Positions 59,501-64,000 of a stretch of DNA of 64,000 bases are shown here, one piece after another. Each line of letters begins with the position of its first letter. Within the stretch, counting starts at the first letter, position 1. Source of the stretch: Azolla caroliniana (Eukaryota; Plantae; Polypodiophyta). Location of the stretch: assembly GCA_043228905.1 (NCBI GenBank), contig JBHGNT010000007.1, positions 19,468,001 to 19,532,000 of the forward strand, written 5' to 3'. A program made the translations under genes and the position numbers. The notes beneath the pieces are model-generated. The model did no database searches, had not been told where the DNA came from, and was given only the letters and a program-made list of their open reading frames with translations.

Positions 59501-62387
59501 GAACCAGCGAGTAATGGAGACTCTGTCGTGCTCTCCCCGCGCAAGGAACTGAGGAGACGACAGTTCACGCGCAAAGAAAAAGGGAAGAAGAAAATGCTGG
59601 AATACCAAACCGACAACGTTGAGTTGGATCGAAGCGAATCCGACTCCAGTAAGGAAGAAGACGGATCTTCGGGAACGAAGTCCGAACCGGCCAAGAAGGG
59701 CCTCAAACCGGGTAACGATAAGTTACGCCGGTCTTCCCGTCAAAAGAACCCCGTAAAGCGGTACGAGTACAATGAGTACATGGCGCATCACTATGCGTAC
59801 ATGACCAAGGTGGCGGAAGTGCGTGAGCCGGAGAGCTATACAAAAGCGACAAAGGACGCAAAATGGCGTGCGACTATGGAGGAAGAAATGCGGGCACTTG
59901 ATGCCAACGACACATGGGACCCAGTTGACCCTCCCCGACACTATAAACCGATCAGATGTAAATGGGTGTACAAGGTAAAGTACAATGTCGACGGTTCGGT
60001 TAACCGGTACAAGGCCCGGTTAGTGGCGAAGGGATACACGCAGACCCACGGAATCGACTACGACGAGATCTTCACTCCGATAGTGAAGATGACGACGGTT
60101 CGTGTGGTGCTAGCGGTTCCTGTGGCAAGGGAGTGGCATCTTCACCAGATGGACATGAAGAATGCAATTCTTCAAGGTGATCTTGAAGAAGAGGTCTTTA
60201 TGACTCAACCTCCCGATTTCCAGACGAAGATGAACAAGGCGACGGTATGCCGGCTGAAGAAGTCACTTTATGGCCTAAAGCAAGCCCCCCGAGCTTGGAA
60301 TGCGAAAATCACGCACCGGTTGCGTAAGATGGGGTTTGCGGCCTCGAAGTCTTACTCTTCGTTGTTCATCCGGCAAGGTCCGGATGGTTCGGTTTGCATC
60401 TTGTTGTACGTTGATGATCTAGTCATCACCGGACCCAGATTCGATGAAATCAGCCGAGTCAAGTCCCAACTATCGGACGCATTTGAGATGAAGGACATAG
60501 GGGACCTTCACTATTTCCTTGGGATTGAGGTGATCCGAACCCCTGACGGCATATTGTTCTCACAAAGACACTATGTGTTGAATATGTTGTACAAGTTCAG
60601 CATGACGGAATGTCGACCGATTTCCACACCCCTGGACTGGAACCAAAAGCTCTGTCCCGACTCCGGACCGGCCTGCGATGAGAAGCAGTTCTGACAAATC
60701 GTCGGAAGCCTTATATATTTAACAATCACCCGACTTGACATCAGTTATCCAGTTGGCGTGATCAGGTAATATATGCAGAAGTCGACCATGGAGCACCTTC
60801 TGTGCACGCATCGAATTTTGCGATATGTGAGCGGCACGAAGGAACGGGGACTGTTATACCAGCATGGTATAACCGAAGATCTAGTCGGCTACACCGATGC
60901 CGACTGGGCCGGCAATGCATCGGATTGCCGATCCACCTCCGTCTATATGTTTTCCCTTGGTAGCGCGACTATAGTGTGGAGCAGCAAAGAGCAGCCAACA
61001 GTGGCCCTTTCGAACTCTGAGGCTGAATACCGGGGCGCTACCGTTGCCACCTGTGAAGCCATTTGGCTTCGGTGACTGTTGCATGGCTTGCGGATCAAGG
61101 TGCCGACCCCAATCCTGATCTACTGCGATAGCATCAGCAGCATGCAGCTCGCCAAGAACCCCGTATTCCATGCTCACACAAAGCACATAGAAGTGCACTA
61201 CCACTTTGTGCGTGAGCATGTCTTGAGCGGTGAAGTCGAACTTCGGTATGTTCATACGGATTAGCAAGTTGCCGACATCTTCACCAAACCGCTCGGATCA
61301 CACAAGTTGTAGCACTTCACTGAAATGCTTGGTGTTCAGCATCTCAACATGTCACACTTGAGGGGGAGAACGGGCAATGGCAAAGAGACTGTCGATTGCG
61401 CCGGTAAGGGAAGAACCGACAAGGGCAGAGACAAGAAGAAGAAAGGAGCCGAGTCAACAAAGGAAGTTTATACGTCCGAACTAGTCGGAACAAGCAGCAG
61501 CGACGGTAGAGTCAAGAATGATAGAGCCGCTAAGACCCGGACATGGTCCGATGTGGTGAAGGGCCTGGAATCGGAAAACGAATCGGGAGGGACCGATTCG
61601 GACAAGAGCTGGAACGAATCGAAGATAGTCGATTCGGTTCAACAGACGGATTCGGAAGAACCAGATCATTTCAAGTCCAAGAGGACGAGAAGGCAACAAA
61701 AGTCGACGCCAACACGAAGGAATCGGCGAATCGGCAAGCGCCGAAGTCACAACAGCAAGGGAGCTGAATTGGGCCTGTTGAGCAGACAAGCCAACCGAGG
61801 AGGTTGAGGCACGCAGAACCAGAGGGGTCGCGGCAAACAAGACCGAACCGGACGAGGACCGCGAGCGAGGCGGAGTGACACCAGAAGGAGCTGGGTGGAA
61901 GGACCGGCTACCATGGAGACTAACACTATGATCCGACCTCAAGTTGAGCTTGAAGAGGAGTGTTGAGCGGCAACCTCAACCGGATCCAGATCGACTGAAT
62001 AAGCCTGAGCCGGATCGGCATCCGGAAGGATGAAGCCGGATCGGTGAGACGAATCAGCGAGCCGGTGAGCCAGGGAACCGGTTAGCTAGATCAAACAGTT
62101 ACTGGAAGCCTAGTAGTAGCCTAGACTACTAGATAGTTAATAGTCTCGTAGTTAGTGTCAGATGCTCGAGTGAGCATTGAAGTACGCTATACTTCTGTCA
62201 GTCCTCTTAGGACTTGTATAAGTAGTGTTGTTGAGCATGTTTTATGTACAGAGAACTATTATTGTTTTGTAATAGATTTAAGTTGTTTTGCTCTTTCTCT
62301 GTCTCTCCCGCGTACTGTAAAGCTTTCCATTAAACCTGTGTTTCTGTGTTCAGTTTTTCTACTTGCTTCCACACGCTATTCTTTACA
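56599..62387 (+). mobile_element. Full-length Ty1/Copia element (Copia-2), relative of Copia-1, more degraded
   Basis: LTRs 56599-56994 (396 bp) and 61961-62387 (427 bp). TSD AAAAA. PBS TGGTATCAGAGC at 56995. PPT GAAGAGGAG. Confidence 0.95.
57084..61807 (+). pseudogene. Copia-2 gag-pol with frameshifts and stops
   Basis: MDRGMASSLPTEKLDR start shared with Copia-1. WYIDSGASNHM, LYVDD and YTDADWAG motifs. Confidence 0.92.
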
Positions 62388-62410
62388 AAAAACAACAACA
62401 CGGGAGCTAA

Positions 62411-63199
62411 TGTTACATGTGTGTGAAAGTGTTTTTTGAATTCAAACCATTGAACACTAGATGGATATAAAGTATGGATAATTCACATTTGGAGGATAAG
62501 AACACGAACTAAGAGCTTAGGGAAGAAGTCAAAAGTAAAAGTAAGAGACCAAGAGAAAAGTAAAAAGAGAAAAAGCGGACCATAAAAAATAGTAAAAGAG
62601 GAATGGTCATAACGCCTTAGTTTTTCACCCAAATATTATGTTTAAATATGGGTTAGAAAGCTTGTAAAGAGAGCTATCTATAGCGGTTTAAATCACTAAA
62701 TTCGGAGCTCTGAGGAGGGAGATATGACAATTAGAAGGTCGTTGGGTCTTAGCTAAAAATAGGAGATAAAAAGCTTCTAAAAATTGCGTGAACGAGGAAG
62801 AAGAAGAAAATTATAAAAGAGGAAGTGATAGTCATAGATGAGGGAAACTAGAAGAGAGAGGGGAACCAATAGGGAGAGGAGTCCTAAGTGTGGAGGAGTC
62901 TTAGGAAGAGTGGATGAGGATCCTAAGAGTGGAGGAGGAGTCTTAGGAAGAGGTGTCTTAGTAGAAGAGGAAGGTCTTTGGTTTTAGTGGACTTTATCTC
63001 CTTTGTATTCTCTTGATAGTGGAATATGAGAACATTCTTATTTCTTGCTCATCTTCTCAATCTTTTTTCTTAATTTCTTGAGTCATTCTCTCTAATTCGT
63101 AGATACCTTGATCTATATAATATATTATGATTCATAACTCCATCTAATCAATTTGGTGAAGCCCCCATATTGTGTATAACTATCCTTTGTCTTATACAC
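62411..63199. mobile_element. Probable solo LTR inserted in the Tcn1-like gag
   Basis: Starts TGTTACA, flanked by GCTA(A/T) on both sides, TATAAAAG at ~62812. The gag reading resumes after it. Confidence 0.55.
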
Positions 63200-63639
63200 G
63201 CTATCAATGTGCAACAACTTGAAACAACTATTATATCATTACAACAACAAGGATCAAGCGCTCAAGGGACTCACAAAGAACCCAAGATCGGTTTTTCTAT
63301 GAAATTTTTAATGGGACCCGATCACAGTTTAAAGGCTTTCTTAATCAAGTACGTTTAGTGATTCAAATGCATCCTTCTTGATATCCCATTGATACATCAT
63401 GAGTGGGACGAGTAGGCACACTACTTAGTGGCACAGTTTTGGCATGGTTCGCCCCCTTGCATGGTTATTTACGTACCCGTATTTAACGTTTAAATACGTA
63501 TAGTACCTCATCATTTGTATAGTACGTACTATACCTCAATGTTGTTCAATCAAATATCATGTACATTTGTCCAATACAATATGTAATGTATTTATAAAAA
63601 AACAGGTATAATACGTATTTATAAAGAAAATGTAAGTAA

Positions 63640-63850
63640 AACCCTAACAAAAAGCAAAAGAAAAAAAATATTTTAGTGAAAAAGAAGCTAAAGGAAGGAA
63701 GGAAGAAGAATAGAAGAGACGACGATGAAGAAGATGAAGAAGAAGAAGATGAAGAAGAGAGAAAAGAAGACATAGACTTGTCTTGAGTGTGATAATCGCA
63801 GAAGATAGAAGAAGGAGAAGAAGAAGAAAACGAAGAAAAGAGAAACCTAT
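63640..63850. repeat. GAA-rich low-complexity region
   Basis: Seen directly in the sequence. Confidence 0.8.
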
Positions 63851-64000
63851 CATGAGTGTGATAATCGTAGACGATTCCTCAATCTATGAAGGCATAATTG
63901 TAAATAACTACAATTTGAAGTAGAACATTGTGATACACACTTACATTGATTTATAGAATAAGGGAATGTCGACATCTACATTACTACAAGTATTGTAGGA

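Larger units (their letters stand above)
55428..63460 (+). mobile_element. Tcn1/chromovirus-like Gypsy remnant (LTR ~55428-56301; gag from ATG 56467) broken by three nested insertions
   Basis: gag reads MATVSAEEYK...LNQIDLEK up to Copia-2, then resumes after 63200 as KEPKIG...F.GTRSQFKGFLNQVRLVIQMHPS.YP....VG.VGTLLSGTVLAWFAP, a PEG10/DUF4939-like capsid motif. The LTR starts TGTCATGA and has TATAAAAG at ~56190. Confidence 0.65.

Noticed and set aside
63460-63560. Possible MITE terminus (TACGTA-rich palindromes)
   Set aside because: No partner terminus or TSD is visible within the window.

Overview
Plant nuclear DNA dominated by transposons. It is most likely from a fern or other seed-free plant, inferred from a WW-type DYW PPR gene and a Tcn1-like Gypsy gag. 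Host genes: a six-exon HVA22/TB2-DP1-like gene on the minus strand (29985-32561, open in my splice model) and a disrupted PLS-class PPR-E-DYW editing-factor gene (~13.7-17.2 kb) containing a 4x193-bp tandem array. The rest is nested mobile DNA. (1) An L1-type LINE carries a tRNA-Asp insert and is split by a full-length Copia element (4021-9688, TSD CGCAC). (2) Two more LINE fragments follow, one RTE-like. (3) A full-length non-chromovirus Gypsy element (18608-29081) has a large extra ORF. (4) A 7.5-kb Mutator-like element carries a second spliced gene. (5) A second Gypsy element (46913-52926, TSD CACTA) has its 3' end replaced by filler DNA. (6) A second Copia element (56599-62387, TSD AAAAA) sits inside a Tcn1-like gag. 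Several solo LTRs and fragments fill the gaps. The most striking observations concern Gypsy-1. It has no polypurine tract; instead a sense copy of a tRNA-Arg 3' end (including CCA) sits 2 nt before the 3' LTR, suggesting that both cDNA strands are tRNA-primed. It is also flanked by a 392-bp direct duplication rather than a 5-bp TSD. All calls were made by eye without database searches, so mismatch counts are approximate.
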